From the NCBI GenBank assembly GCA_964016885.1, contig OZ024743.1, positions 291,152,001 to 291,216,000 on the forward strand: a stretch of DNA of 64,000 bases. The letters are read 5' to 3'. The position numbers were made by a program, and so were the translations under genes. The stretch is from Eledone cirrhosa. Its lineage: Eukaryota. How positions within the stretch are numbered: the first letter of the stretch is position 1; every line of letters begins with the position of its first letter. Under the pieces are notes generated by a model that worked only from the letters and a program-made list of their open reading frames with translations, was not told the origin of the DNA and did not search any database. Below are positions 11,820 through 24,349 of this stretch, piece after piece.

Positions 11820-14800
11820 ATGACCTCACTAAGAATAGGCAGCATAAATGCGCGGGACTTGGGGTCGTCATGGAAGCAGGGCCACCTGCTCAACGACCTC
11901 AGGTCACTGAACATAGATGTAGTGGCCATCAGCGAGACCAGTATCTCCGAAGCACGGGTCTTCGCACCGATCTTCGGCGGCTACGATGTGTACGCATCTC
12001 CCAGCTGTCCGGGATGGGGGGCTGGAGTTGTGGTGCTTTTTCGGAGAGGTTTGGATCTCGCCATACGAGGCATCTTCTTGGACCCAGAAGGTAAGTTGGC
12101 GGGGCTGGACGTGACCAGCGGAGACGGGTAAGCTTTCAGGCTAGTGGCCGTCTATTCCCCGGCAGGAGCAGGGCGACCAGATTTCTTCCGGCGTCTGGAT
12201 ACCTCTCTCGGAACGTCCCGCCCTTTTGTATTAGTGGACGACTGGAACGGTATCTGAGATGCACGCTGGATAGGGGAGGAGGGTGCAAGTGCCCCACCAA
12301 CCTGCTCAGGCGTTTTGAACTGTCTGACAGGTACCGATTGGATTTCCCGAATGTACCAATGTGGACTTGGACAAATCGCATAGGGTCATCCAGATCATAT
12401 CTAGATAGAGTATTTTGTAGGAAAATTGATAGGTCTAACATAGGCTGTCAACAATTCAAGATTGTCAGCTACACGGATCTCAAATTCGTGATATGTGTGC
12501 TTGACTTAGGTAGGCTTCATAGACGAGGACCCCGCTACTGGAAGATAAACGCGTCCTTACCAGCGCGCGAAGCCTACAGAGACCGGATTAGCGAACTAGT
12601 TAAGCGAGCGTTGACGGGGGACATCGTCAAAAACAAGTCGTGGTTTGCTCTGAAAAGAGCGATTAGAATAGAGTCAATTAGGTTTAGTAAGGCTTTAGCA
12701 ATAGAGAAAAATAGAACGGAGGGAGAACTAGTTAGAAAATTAGACGAGCAAGGCATCGCGACCGACGTATTTGCGGCGCAAGTGGCCCTTGACAAATTCT
12801 TCAATGCAAAGCACGGAGGCTGCGTTGACAGAGGTACGATGCTTGCTCTCAGACAGGAGTGTACGAAAGCCGTTCAATGGGCCCGAGTGGCAGAGGCGCG
12901 TTGAGGCAACAAATCCACGATCCGGTCTTTGGTGGACCACGTCGGGCGCATGCTACTTGATCCTGAGCAAATCTGTGAAGCTTTTCAGCGACACTTCGCT
13001 CAGCTGTTCGGGGCCAGCGGCGGAACGGATCGATGGATGGAGTTTTGTGTCTACCTCGACGGACTGCCGCGGCTCTCGCCCACTGAGGCGGATTGTTGCG
13101 AAAAGCCGATAACAGCGGCTGAAGTACGGGAGACAATGACTGGCTGCACAAGTGGTAAATCGCCTGGTTTGGATGGTCTGCCCTATGAACTTTACGTACA
13201 GATGCCAGACTTGTTCGGAGGCCTCTTGGCGGACGTCTACTGCAACTGGCAACAGAACGGGAGAATTCCCATATCTCTAAGCCGAGGAGCGGTGGCGCTG
13301 CTGAGAAAGTATCCGAACAAGGGCGATAACATAGATAATTTCAGGCCGATACCTCTGCTAAACATAGAGTTCAAGATGTTGGCCAAGGAGCTAGCAAAGA
13401 GGTTGGCGCTTGTCGTTGGTGGTCTGGTGCGAGAAGCGCAGACATGCGCCATTCCCGACAGATCCATCCACGACAACCTCCACCTCATGCGATACATCGT
13501 AAAGAGGGTAGCTAGGGAACCTGGCACGGGTGGGTCCTTGATCATTCGAAAGCTTTCGATAGGGTGTACCATCGTTATCTGCCGGCAGTTCTGAAGGCGG
13601 CGGAATTTGGGCCCATCGTCAGAGGCTGGATCGCTGCCAGGAACAGCGACATCTGCTCTGTGGTGAGAGTGAATGGTCACATTTCGGAACCGTTGAACAT
13701 CATGCGCTCGGTCCGCCAAGGATGTCCCCTCTCGTCCCTCTTGTACGTATTGACTCTCGAGGGATTACTGCACAAACTGGAGACGTTGATGGGGTCCCGC
13801 GCGAACTAGGATGCGGAAGATCCGTGTCAGCATATGCGAACGATGTCACCGTAATGGTGTCGAACGGCAAACACATCGAGGCGGCGATCGGCACTACACT
13901 AAGAGAATACGAAGCGGTGACAGGAGCAATGATCAACCAGGAAAAGTCAGTGGGCCTGCAGCTCGGAACCTGGAGAGGCAGGTCCATGCCGTCCAACAGC
14001 GTCGTCGGGCGCTGGACGGACGGACCGGTTAAATTGCTAGGGGTCTGGTTCGGTCCGGACCTCCAGACGGACAAAAACTGCGACGGGGTGACGAGCAAGG
14101 TGGCTTCTCTCACCCAGAAATTGGCGGAGAGGAAACTATCCCTGAAAGGTCGAGAGGAGGTGGCTAACGCGTATGTCGCGTCCGTCACCTACTACCGTCT
14201 GAGCGTCGTACCTTGTCCTAAGCCCCGCCTGAGCGTCGTACCTTGTCCTAAGCCCCGCCTGAGCGTCGTACCTTGTTCTAAGTCACGCCTAACTGCGCTG
14301 GAGTTTTTTCTCTTTCGCTTTTTGTGAAAGGGACGCGCTCGGATGGTCAGACGGTCCATCTGCTGTCAACACCCTTTACGTGGAGGGCTGGGCATGCCGT
14401 GGCTGATGATGCGCAGACACGCGCTCAGGCTACGATATCTTCACCTCTTCCTCGACGGTGATCAGGTGTGGTCGCTGTTTGCTAGACGCGTCTTTCCTCA
14501 GCTCGTCTCTTTGACGCAGCTGCAGTCCTGAGTCAAGCGAAGAGCGAGAGGGAGCAATTGGAGACAAGAATGTCTTCAGGGACTCACAGCCCTCGACCAA
14601 TCGGGCAATGTGATCCGTGGAAACTCCACCTCGGCGTTCTATAGAGGATTATTGGAGGGAAAGAGGGACGACGTATTTGGGGAAATTCTAGGCGTCGACG
14701 AAAATCAACTAGCCAATCTCTTCGGAAGGACGACGAAACCGTCCTGCACGCACTCTGTCAGTGTCCGAGCATTGCTGACTTTGGGTTTATGTCGAACACA

Positions 14801-15124
14801 TGCTGTCGCGGTGGACGGATCCGGCTATCAGCTGAGTCCATCGTGAGGATTGCCCCGCCCTCTTCCTTTAACCGGGAAGGGCATGCAGTTTTTATTTGTC
14901 TGGTGGCTATGGCGAAAGAGATAGTATGGTGGACACGTTTGAAAGGGCTGAAGACGAGCACTTACCTCTTCGGTTATGCCCTGATTAACTTTTTCAAATT
15001 TCATTTGAAAAGGAAAATCGGGGTAGAGAGGGAAGTGCTCTCTTCCCAGCCTTTTGTTGAAAGATGGGTGAGAGAAGCAAGAATGGCCCGAGTGAAAGGG
15101 CCTACTCTGCGTATGTGTCTGTAA
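11820..15124 (+). pseudogene. Tx1 ORF2 (AP endonuclease plus reverse transcriptase), many stops and frameshifts
   Basis: ORF track fragments from 11820-12131 through 14789-15124 carry APE and RT motifs. Confidence 0.9.
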
Positions 15125-15388
15125 ATTAAAGGTGGAAAACTGGGAGAGGGCACTTGCCCTTGTGGTTAGGGTCACTGTGTCCTTTTAATGGGCTTTCTCC
15201 ACAAATGTCCCTCGGAAGTCTTCGCCCTATTGGGGAATTTTTCATTGTTATTTTTTTGTTACATCCTCTGTTTTTGTTTTTTACATGCAGAAATGCCCAT
15301 TTGTACCGTCCTGTATTGTCCTGTACTGTCCTTAATGTCTACTTTATGTAAACCTTTGTATATATCTATATATCTATATATCTATATC

Positions 15389-16162
15389 TAGTTTCGCCTA
15401 CCACAATGTTCAAGCTATTTAAACGTATGTTATTACTCTGAGGTCCTATCTTATCGAGTCCTTTGCTAACTCATCATTTCATATAAGTAGGCCAAAATTA
15501 CTTGCAAACCGCCAGAGATTCGACTTTACTGATTTCCAATTATATTAATCTCCTAGATTTAATAAATAACTAATTAATTTAATTAGACAATTCTGTTGAT
15601 TGGTTAATTATTTGTGTTTGTTTTATAACATCTAGTCGAGAGCTTATCATGATGATTAGCGGAAATTAAAATATTCATTTCGCTAGTATTTTGAATGACC
15701 CGCCTAAAACCGGGGGTTATTTCCCTTGCTGGAATTAACACGTGATAACTATAGATATGATCAGCAGCCATCCGAGCTGCAACATATAATGTATCACTCC
15801 GGTTCTAAGCAGAACGAAAACCTGTTGATGAACTGAATCCTCTGTTTGATCACCAATTCCACGAGCTTGCCATTCACGTAAGTCTGATATTTGATTTCGG
15901 ATTCAAAGAAACACTTTAAACGATTTTTCGTTTGATTTGTCCAGGTGTACTTTTCCCAACCTGATCAGTTCTATCGTTGCTTTGGTATGTATTGTGTGTT
16001 AGTTTCGCCTACCACAATGTTCGATTTGTCAAGCTATTTAAACGTATGTTATTACTCTGAGGTCCTATCTTATCGAGTGCTTTGCTAACTCATCATTTCA
16101 TATAAATAGGCCGAATTTACTTGCAAACCGCCAGAGATTAGATTTTATTGATTTCCAGTTAT

Positions 16163-16165
<3 letters not shown>
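15389..16165. repeat. ~160-bp direct repeats (15389-15546, 16000-16165) around a ~450-bp spacer, ending in (TA)n
   Basis: AGTTTCGCCTACCACAATGTTC...GATTTCCA-TTATATT occurs twice. The second copy has an extra 8 bp. Confidence 0.85.
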
Positions 16166-16246
<81 letters not shown>

Positions 16247-17237
16247 CCACTGCCCAGATAATTGCGAAATTTCTGTCTTTTAAATTTTAAATGTGATTCT
16301 GTTATTGTTTATTACTTTACCACAGTGTTTAGCTGTCGGAGTCTGACAGTTCAATGTTAAATAAAGTTAGTTAACATTGAAGCGCATATTATGCCTCCAT
16401 GTGGATTTCATCCAACTATGGTGCTTTGATTATATATATATTTTTTTCTAATCGTCAATTCGCATATAAAGTTCTTTTGGCTATTACGAATTTAACTAGA
16501 ACCACCAGTGCCATAAGATTAAAGGCAAACAAATATTTCTATTTTCTGTACCATTGCCTGTTTTGTCATCTGTGATATACGAAACAATATCTCTTTCACA
16601 TAGGCACTCTGACCTAACAATACAATAATCTTTTAATGAAACCAATACTTATATGAAAATAAACAGTGCATTTCCTTGTTTGGAAATGTACCATCAATTT
16701 CACACCCATGTACACTCTCCTTAGAAAGAAATTGTTCCACTCAAATGAAAGATAAATTCTTGTCTCAAGAATGTTCATTTCCTTAAGTGCGATATTCAAC
16801 AACAAAATGCTCAAAGCTAAAGCCATTATTATGAAACGTACGAGTCAATCATCTATTCTTCTTAATGATGTTCACTAAAACGAATTTATCTTCTGGATTG
16901 AAATTAATGATTTCAGCCTATAATCACATATCAAAAAATCTGTAGGAAGATGCCTATACTTGTAATCCGACATCTAATATCCATTTGGAACAAATTGTAT
17001 AAATAGAACTTTACACATATATGTGAGTTTAACCATAGACAAATGAAGCGGATATATTAGACAATACATATATATATATAAATGTGTGTGGTGTTTTTGT
17101 CTGTGTTTCAGCGTGCACGTCCGTATAATGCAAGAATTTCGCTATAATAGATGGAGGGAACGATGCGCTCCATGCAAATTAGTTTCCAAGTATTGAAATT
17201 ACAACCTCGACGGCCTGACGTATCTCTCAACAACGAA

Positions 17238-18188
17238 GCTAGGAATTGAAATCCACCAGCGTCTCTGACACCCAGAACCCAACGAACAGCCAAGCAAAAT
17301 GCAGGCGAAAGACCTCACACATTTGCTTGACATCGTTCAGATCGTGTTCGTCTCCGTCCACCAAAGACCGAATTTTGGATTTGTTAACACTCTGTGCCTC
17401 TGCCAGCGTTGGTTCTCTCGTTTCTTAGAATAAGCGCATTAGCTCTGACGCTGCAACTTTCGTATTTCGCATTGAAGGAATAAGGTAATGCCATTTTCAA
17501 CGCTAGCACGTCAGTTGCAATGTCACCACAAACGGCATCTTTAAATTTAGCAACCAGCACCTAACGCTATTTCTCTGCTAAAGCCTATCGACATTACTTC
17601 AATTTCTCGTTTGAGAGCCCCTCACCAACTGTTGTTGATGATCCCTCCTGTCAATTTTGCATAACTAAATTGTTGTTCTGGTCCCTGTGAGCCATACAGA
17701 CTGCAAACGACAGGTTCAGCTTCCACTAACAAGTTCCTAAACTGCGTGTCTTATCTAGATCGACCATACAGATCACAAACAAGCGTGAGTTCAATATGCC
17801 GTTCCAATCCTCTGTTAACATTACAGGGTGGGACGTTTGAAGAAAGGCTTCCAGTCGGCTAAATATACAAGTCTGTTCGGCGGCGGTCGAACCGCATTCG
17901 GCAACCAGTCTAAATACACCACATATACAAATGTTCACATCCAGGACCACCAACTTACCGTCCGGGTCTTGTAAAAGCGAGTTTACCCTGAGATCCGTGT
18001 CTTTCCTAAACAGCAATCCCACTCCATCTGCCCTTCCTGGCAAACTAAATGATGCAAACATCTGATAGTAGTCGAAAATGAGAGCTAGTAAGCGCGTGTC
18101 GGAAATCCTGGTCTCGCTGACGGCAATCCTACTTCCATGAGGAGTCTAGGCCGCGAAAAATTAAACATACTGCTGTTAGGTTGGCCAT
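17238..18188 (-). mobile_element. Old Tx1-like ORF2 5' fragment (APE domain and linker)
   Basis: ATG at 18188 (MANLTAVCL..RGL). ORF 17726-18061 has GVGLLFRK..DPDGKLVVLDV..EDWNGIL. WKLN follows downstream. Confidence 0.8.
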
Positions 18189-18228
18189 AAGCCTTTTCTT
18201 TTTCCTGCTCTTCTTTTGTTTACTTCGT

Positions 18229-21200
18229 CATGGACATGGAGATAGAACAACCCTACCTCCAGGAAACTAAAGGGTAAGTGTTCCTGCCTTTTTTCTCCCT
18301 AACTCTTCTTCACCAACATGGCGACTATACAAGTTGGATGTTTGAATGTACGTGGCCTGGGCATGCCCTGGAATCAGGGCCAGTTTTTAAATGATCTCAG
18401 TTAACACTGTATAGATGTGATAGCCATCACCGAGTCCATCATTCACGACAAGCAGTAGCTGACCGCATATTAAATAATTTTGAGATCTACGCATCTCTCT
18501 GTCAGCCAGGAGGTCGTAGGGGAGTTGCTATTCTGTTTCGAAAAAACCTGGATCTCAAAGTACATACGATTCACTTGAACCCTGAGGGCAGTCTGGTGTA
18601 CCTGGACGTGAATGGTTGTGAAGGTGGAGCTTTCTGACTGGTGGCCGTATATGCGCCGACTGGGACATCACGACCAGAGTTCTTCAAGCGTCTGGAGCCA
18701 TTTCTGGGAACGTCTCGCTCCTTTGTGTTAGCGGGGGACTGGAATGGCATCTTAGACGCACGTTGGCACTATGTAGGAGCTTGTGATAATAGAGGGGATG
18801 TAATAGTCTCAAAAATCTCATCAGCCAATTCCAACTGGCTGATAGATATCGACTAGACTTCTCAAGTGGACCACTGTGCACATGGAACAAGCTCATGGGC
18901 TCTTCTAGATCGTATTTAGATAGATTTCTAATTAGACAGAATCTTAAGGTAACATTAAGCTGTCCACAAGTGCACATGGTTGCCTATTCCGACCTCAAAT
19001 TAGTCACCTGCTTAGTCAATCTTGATAGAACACATAGACAGGGAGCCGGATGCTAGAAGCTAAACATGTCGCTCCCGGCGCGTAAGGCCTATAGTGAACA
19101 GATTAGCACCTTAGTTAAGAGCCAGTTGACGGGGCCATCGTGAACAACATGTGATGGAGCTCCCTCAAGAGAGCAATTAGAATAGAATCGATAGCATTTA
19201 GCAAGGAAGTAGCTTTAGAAATAAACAAAAAATAAAAAGAACTGGTAGCTAAAGTAGAAAAGGCACTTAGTAATGGCAGTACAGCTGACGTGCTAGCGGT
19301 GAGAACGCCACTAGACCAGTTCTTCAATGCGAAACACGAAGGTTGTATTGTCAGAAGTAGAACACGTACTCTAAGAAACGAGGGAGCCAAAGCTGTTAGT
19401 TGGGCCCGAATGCCAGAGGCGTAAAGTGGCAATAAATCCACAATTCAGTCTTTGCACGACAAAGATGGATGCATTCTACATGCATCCAAGAAAATGTGCA
19501 CAGCCTTCCAGCAGCACTTTGCACAACTGTTCGGGCAAAGCGCTACGTTGAGAGAGGTGATGAACTTCAGTTCCTACCTCGACGGCCTACCACGACTATC
19601 GAGCATGGATGCAGAGAGCTGCGAATGGCCGATTACAGCGGGCGAAATAGAAGATGCCCTAGGCTGCTGTGGGAAACGCAATTCACCCGGTTTAGATAGT
19701 CTAACCTTTGAGTTTTACATAGGCATGCCAGACTTGTTCTCTGGCGTCCTCGAAACGGTCTACTAAAACTGGCAGCAGAACGGGAGGATTCCCAGTTCAG
19801 AAGGAAGAGGTGTAGTAACGCTCATCAGGAAAGATGAGAACAAGGGGGATGAGATAAGCAATTTCATGCCCATAACAATGCTCAACACAGAGTTATAAAT
19901 TTTGGCCAAGGTGTTAGCAACGAGGCTGGCGTTTGTCGTCGAGAACCTGGTAGGGGAAGCGCAAACGTGTGCAATCCCGACCAGGTCCATACACGATAAC
20001 CTCCACCTCATGCGATACATCATAAGAGTGTAGTGTGTAAACCTGGCTTCGGTGGGGCTCTGAGCAATTTAGATCAGTCTAAGGCATTTTGATAGGGTCG
20101 ATCATCAATACTTGGAAGCGGTTCTCTAGGCGGCTGGCTTAGGTCCCGACTCCAGAGGCTGGATTGCTGCCATGCACACCAGCATCTGCTCAGCAGTCAA
20201 GGTGAATGGCTACCTATCGGAGCCATTCCAAATCATGCGTTCCATCCGACAGGGATGCCCTCACTCCACCATTCTGTATGCACTGACTCTCGAGACATTA
20301 CTGCAGAAGCAGGAGCTGTTGCAGAGCATCCCGATCGAACCAGGACTGCGGAAAGCAGCGTCAGCCTATACCGATGATGTATCCGTAATGGTGTCGAAAC
20401 CCTCGGAAATCGGGATAATCGGCAACCTATTACATAAATACGAAAAGTTGACATGAGCAAGACTAAAGCCAATCATGTCTGTCGGTTTGCAACTCGGCAC
20501 ATGGAGAGGGAAACGCGTGCCTTCCTACAGTGTCGTTGGACGCTGAACGGAAGGACCGGTGAAATTGCACGGACCCGGTTTGTTCCAGACAGCCGGGTGT
20601 AGAAGAATTGCAACGAGGTCACGGCAAACGTGTTTGCACTCACTCAGAATTGGGCTGACTGCAAACTCTCCATGAAAGTTTGAGCGAAGGCGGCGAACAT
20701 TTGCATAACTTCGGTCATCTATTACTGCTTGACAGTCGTGACTTGTCCCCACGAACACCTCACCAAAATTGAACGACTACTCTTCAAGTTTCTCTGGAAG
20801 AAACAGACTCCATTTGTGAGGAGATCCATCTGCTGTAAACACCCTTCTTACGGAGGGCTACGCGTACAATGGCAGATGATGCGCAAACACGCACTGAGGC
20901 TACGCCAACTCCAGGTATTCCTGACCGGCGAACAGGTGTGGCTATCGTTTGTGAGACGAATTCTTCCACAACTTTTCTGACTAACAGCTGTAGTACTGGG
21001 TCAAGCGAAGACTGAAAATAGACGCCTGGCACCTCGAGTGCTTTGAGGTGCTCAGGGCCCTCTACCAAGTGGAAACGGGAATCAGGGGAGACTCCATTTC
21101 AAGTGAAAGTGGAGAAAATAGCCCGAGTGAGTTGGCCTTCTCTGTATATAAACCTGTAGGCTGAGGAAGATAAACAGAAGGAAGACGGGAACACCTACAA

Positions 21201-21404
21201 AACGTGTTCCTGGTGTTGATGGTTGCTCTATCTACGGGGTGCAAAACAACCCGGCAGTAACGTTCGCCCCCTAATAGGGATTCGATTGTTATGTTTTATA
21301 AATAGTTTATTGTTATTCATCATTGTCAAAGATTGTATGTAAAATCCCCGCCGTCACGTCTTGTAATGACCAGTGTTTGTACGCCCCTGTGGCGAATAGA
21401 AAAA
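18229..21404 (+). mobile_element. Divergent Tx1-clade LINE (end of ORF1, ORF2, 3' UTR), heavily decayed
   Basis: ATG at 18318 (MATIQVGCLNVRGL), AVYAP, AGDWNGIL, IRQGCP, AYTDD. 3' end CCCCTGTGGCGAATAGAAAA resembles the copy-1 end. Confidence 0.88.
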
Positions 21405-21454
21405 TATATATTTCTTTCTATATCTACCTATCTACATGTATATATAAATCTCTA

Positions 21455-21797
<343 letters not shown>

Positions 21798-22049
21798 ATG
21801 GAAAAATTTGAACAGGAACAAAACAGAGAGGCAGTACAACGAATGTTTATTAATTTCACGCTTTGGAGAGTGGGGTGATGGTGGGGAACGATGTTTCGGG
21901 CATAAGCCCTTCCTCAGGTGAGAAGTGTGTGGGAACTGAGTTCAAAGGGTGTGTAGGGGAGTGGTGGAGAGACATATAGCGAAAGGATACGGTGCGAATG
22001 AAACTGAAAATAAAAATAAAAATAAAAATAAAAATAAAGCATGATCAAA

Positions 22050-22095
<46 letters not shown>

Positions 22096-22226
22096 GATAA
22101 ATCTACCAAAAGTTTACGGTAGTGTCCAATCCGTATGAAGAACTCAATGTAATCCGGATATCATGAAAAGAAGAGATGCATTCAAAAATCACTTTCGGTG
22201 AAACATAAACGGAAAACAGAGTCAAG

Positions 22227-22617
22227 ATAAATTATTAAAAAAATAATGAATAAACAAAGAAACAGTTCCTTATATTAAACAAAAAAAGTTCATTATTTTA
22301 CGATCGTTTCTAGGACATATATATGTTAGAATAGGTATGCATATTCAAAAGATCTATGTACAAAATTATACAAACTATCAGATAGAATAAAAAATACCTT
22401 CACATATATATGCTGTCTTCAGAAATAATGAAGACAGCATATACATGTGAAGGTATGTTTTATTCTATCTGATAGTTTGTATAATTTTGTACATAGATCT
22501 TTTGAATATGCATACCTATTCTAACACATATATGTCCTAGAAACGATCGTAAAATAATGAACTTTTTTTGTTTAATATAAGGAACTGTTTCTTTGTTTAT
22601 TCATTATTTTTTTTATA

Positions 22618-22623
<6 letters not shown>
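22227..22623. repeat. Near-perfect palindrome, ~195-bp arms, 7-nt loop (22422-22428)
   Basis: TGCTGTCTTCA-gaaataa-TGAAGACAGCA centre. Arms are reverse complements out to the (TA)n flank. Confidence 0.92.
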
Positions 22624-22650
<27 letters not shown>

Positions 22651-22653
<3 letters not shown>

Positions 22654-23420
22654 GTGGTTACACAACAGTTAGTTCACCTTACCGAGAACAATTCTTTCTC
22701 CTTAGCGGATCCTCAGCTCGTAATGGACATGGTTATATGGAAAAAGAAGTACAATCGTACGAACGCGCATGCGCAGAAACGATCATTTTACACAGGCAAT
22801 ACAACATTGCGTGGGAGAGGTGTAAGGGAGATAACAGCGAAGTCCGAAAGTTTCTGGTTGATAAGAAAATTAGGATGTTGTAATTCAATCTCGAACTTTG
22901 TAGTTATGTAAGAGAAGTTTACAGACGTGTGGACAACGTGTGAAAAATTCATTATTCGTGTTTAGGCAATCACTATTACGTAATCTCTTTAGAATATTTA
23001 TTAATTCATCAATACATAGTCCACGCGACGGATTGCCTCTTGCGTATGGCTTGGACTTAGTGATGGTTTCCATTGAATGGAGTAGTCTATACTTGACTCC
23101 TTGTGAGACCATACGTGACTCGCGAGTTTCGTGGATGAACGTCTGTCCGGGTACCTAAAGGTCGAGTGGTGGTTCAGGAAGCGTTCCTTAAATCGACCCT
23201 CCGCGATAACCACATAGGATTTGACCTCCTGTGGTTTATTTGGTCGGTTAGAAATGACCACAGCTTCATAAACTAAAGTGTGTTGCATTTCTGTTGAAGG
23301 GGACAAGCTTCAGGCTTACGGCAAGAGCACACTGGTGGGGTGTTGCTCTTAAGGTTGTTGGTGAGGTGGGCCTTCATGTTCTTAGCGCAGCAGTATCCTA
23401 GTTTTACTTTGTGTCGGTAC
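22651..23420 (-). mobile_element. Penelope-like element remnant (C-terminal GIY-YIG region plus putative 3' region)
   Basis: ORF 23001-23306 (LVYEA..SYV..AEGRFKERFLNHHSTF..STKLASHVW..YSIQWK) resembles the 45257-46570 ORF C-terminus. Left boundary is uncertain. Confidence 0.78.
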
Positions 23421-23574
23421 CATCTTTATGTTTAGGTATCAGCCGTACTAAGAGTGAGAAATGAAATTTCGTTACATTCTTTTCCATTTCGCGTTTTTGG
23501 TACGGCGTAATTCAGGCTGTTTGTTTTCAAACAAACCGAATATTATAATAAATGTTCGCTAAACCCATACGTAA

Positions 23575-23605
<31 letters not shown>

Positions 23606-23790
23606 AGTGTGTGTGTGTGTGTGCATGTATGCATATATATACACACTGCTGTACGTCTATACACATATTTGTATGTATGTATACATACTTATATTTAGGT
23701 ATCAGCCGTACTAAGAGTGAGAAATGAAATTCCGTTTCATTCTTTTCCATTTGTAGTTTTCGGAATGCCCGGCCGACTTACGCACTCGAT

Positions 23791-23798
23791 ATGCAAAT
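23791..23798 (+). promoter_or_regulatory. Octamer ATGCAAAT 88 nt upstream of the HHR core (also 49579-49586 and 50021-50028 on -, and 33157-33164)
   Basis: Exact POU/Oct consensus at a conserved position in the units. Function is inferred. Confidence 0.45.
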
Positions 23799-23872
23799 TA
23801 GGCTGCTCAGCCGTTAATATGCACAAGGAAAGTATATACTTTCAAACGTTCAACCATCTGGCAGAAAGGTAT

Positions 23873-23915
23873 ACGATGCTGAGGATAGCTAATAAGCTAG
23901 AAACTAGTACATCGT
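23873..23915 (+). ncRNA. Minimal type I hammerhead ribozyme, intact; predicted cleavage after 23909
   Basis: ACGATG-CTGAGGA-TAGCT aata AGCTA-GAA-ACTAGT-A/CATCGT: 6-bp stem I, 5-bp stem II, palindromic stem III, GUA triplet. Confidence 0.88.
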
Positions 23916-24306
23916 TCTTGTGTCAATATTGAACAAAAAGGGCGACGATAGTTGTTGAGCACTGTACGACAAATTCAGGTTGTTTGTTTACAAACAAACC
24001 GAAAATTATAATAAATGTTCGGTAAACCCATACGTACATATATATATATATATGTGTGTATGTATGATATATATACACACTACTGTACGTCTGTACACAT
24101 ATATGTATGTACGTATACGTACTTATGTTTAGGTATCAGCCGTACTAAGAGTGAGAAATGAAATTTCGTTTTTTTCTTTTACATTTATCGTTTTCGGTAC
24201 GCCCGGCCGACTAACTCACTCAATATGCTAATTAGGCTCCTCGGCTGTTAATAGGCATAAGGAAAGTATATACTTTCAAACGTTCAATCATCTGACAGAA
24301 AGGTAT

Positions 24307-24349
24307 ACGATGCTGACAATAGCTAATAAGCTTGAAGCTAGTACATCGT
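24307..24349 (+). ncRNA. Type I hammerhead, core mutated (CTGACAA, GAAG), probably inactive
   Basis: Same fold as 23873-23915, 434 nt downstream. Confidence 0.7.

Larger units (their letters stand above)
9640..15359 (+). mobile_element. Near full-length Tx1/L1-clade LINE (5' UTR, ORF1, APE-RT ORF2, 3' UTR), decayed
   Basis: ORF1 pieces carry a CVVCGEGTH zinc knuckle and Pro/Thr-rich tail. ORF2 from 11820 has SINARDL..VAISET (APE), SYLDRVF, KSPGLDG, NFRPIPLLN, VRQGCPLS. Same family as 1-1850. Confidence 0.92.

Noticed and set aside
89-15175. Antisense ORFs overlapping LINE coding regions
   Set aside because: They are shadow frames of RT sequence with no independent motifs.
15389-16165. TRIM/LTR element
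   Set aside because: No TG..CA termini, primer binding site, polypurine tract or TSD is visible.
21880-21922. Minus-strand CTGAGGA-AGGGCttatGCCC-GAAAC
   Set aside because: Core and stem II are present but no in-register stem I partner was found. Counted only as degenerate.
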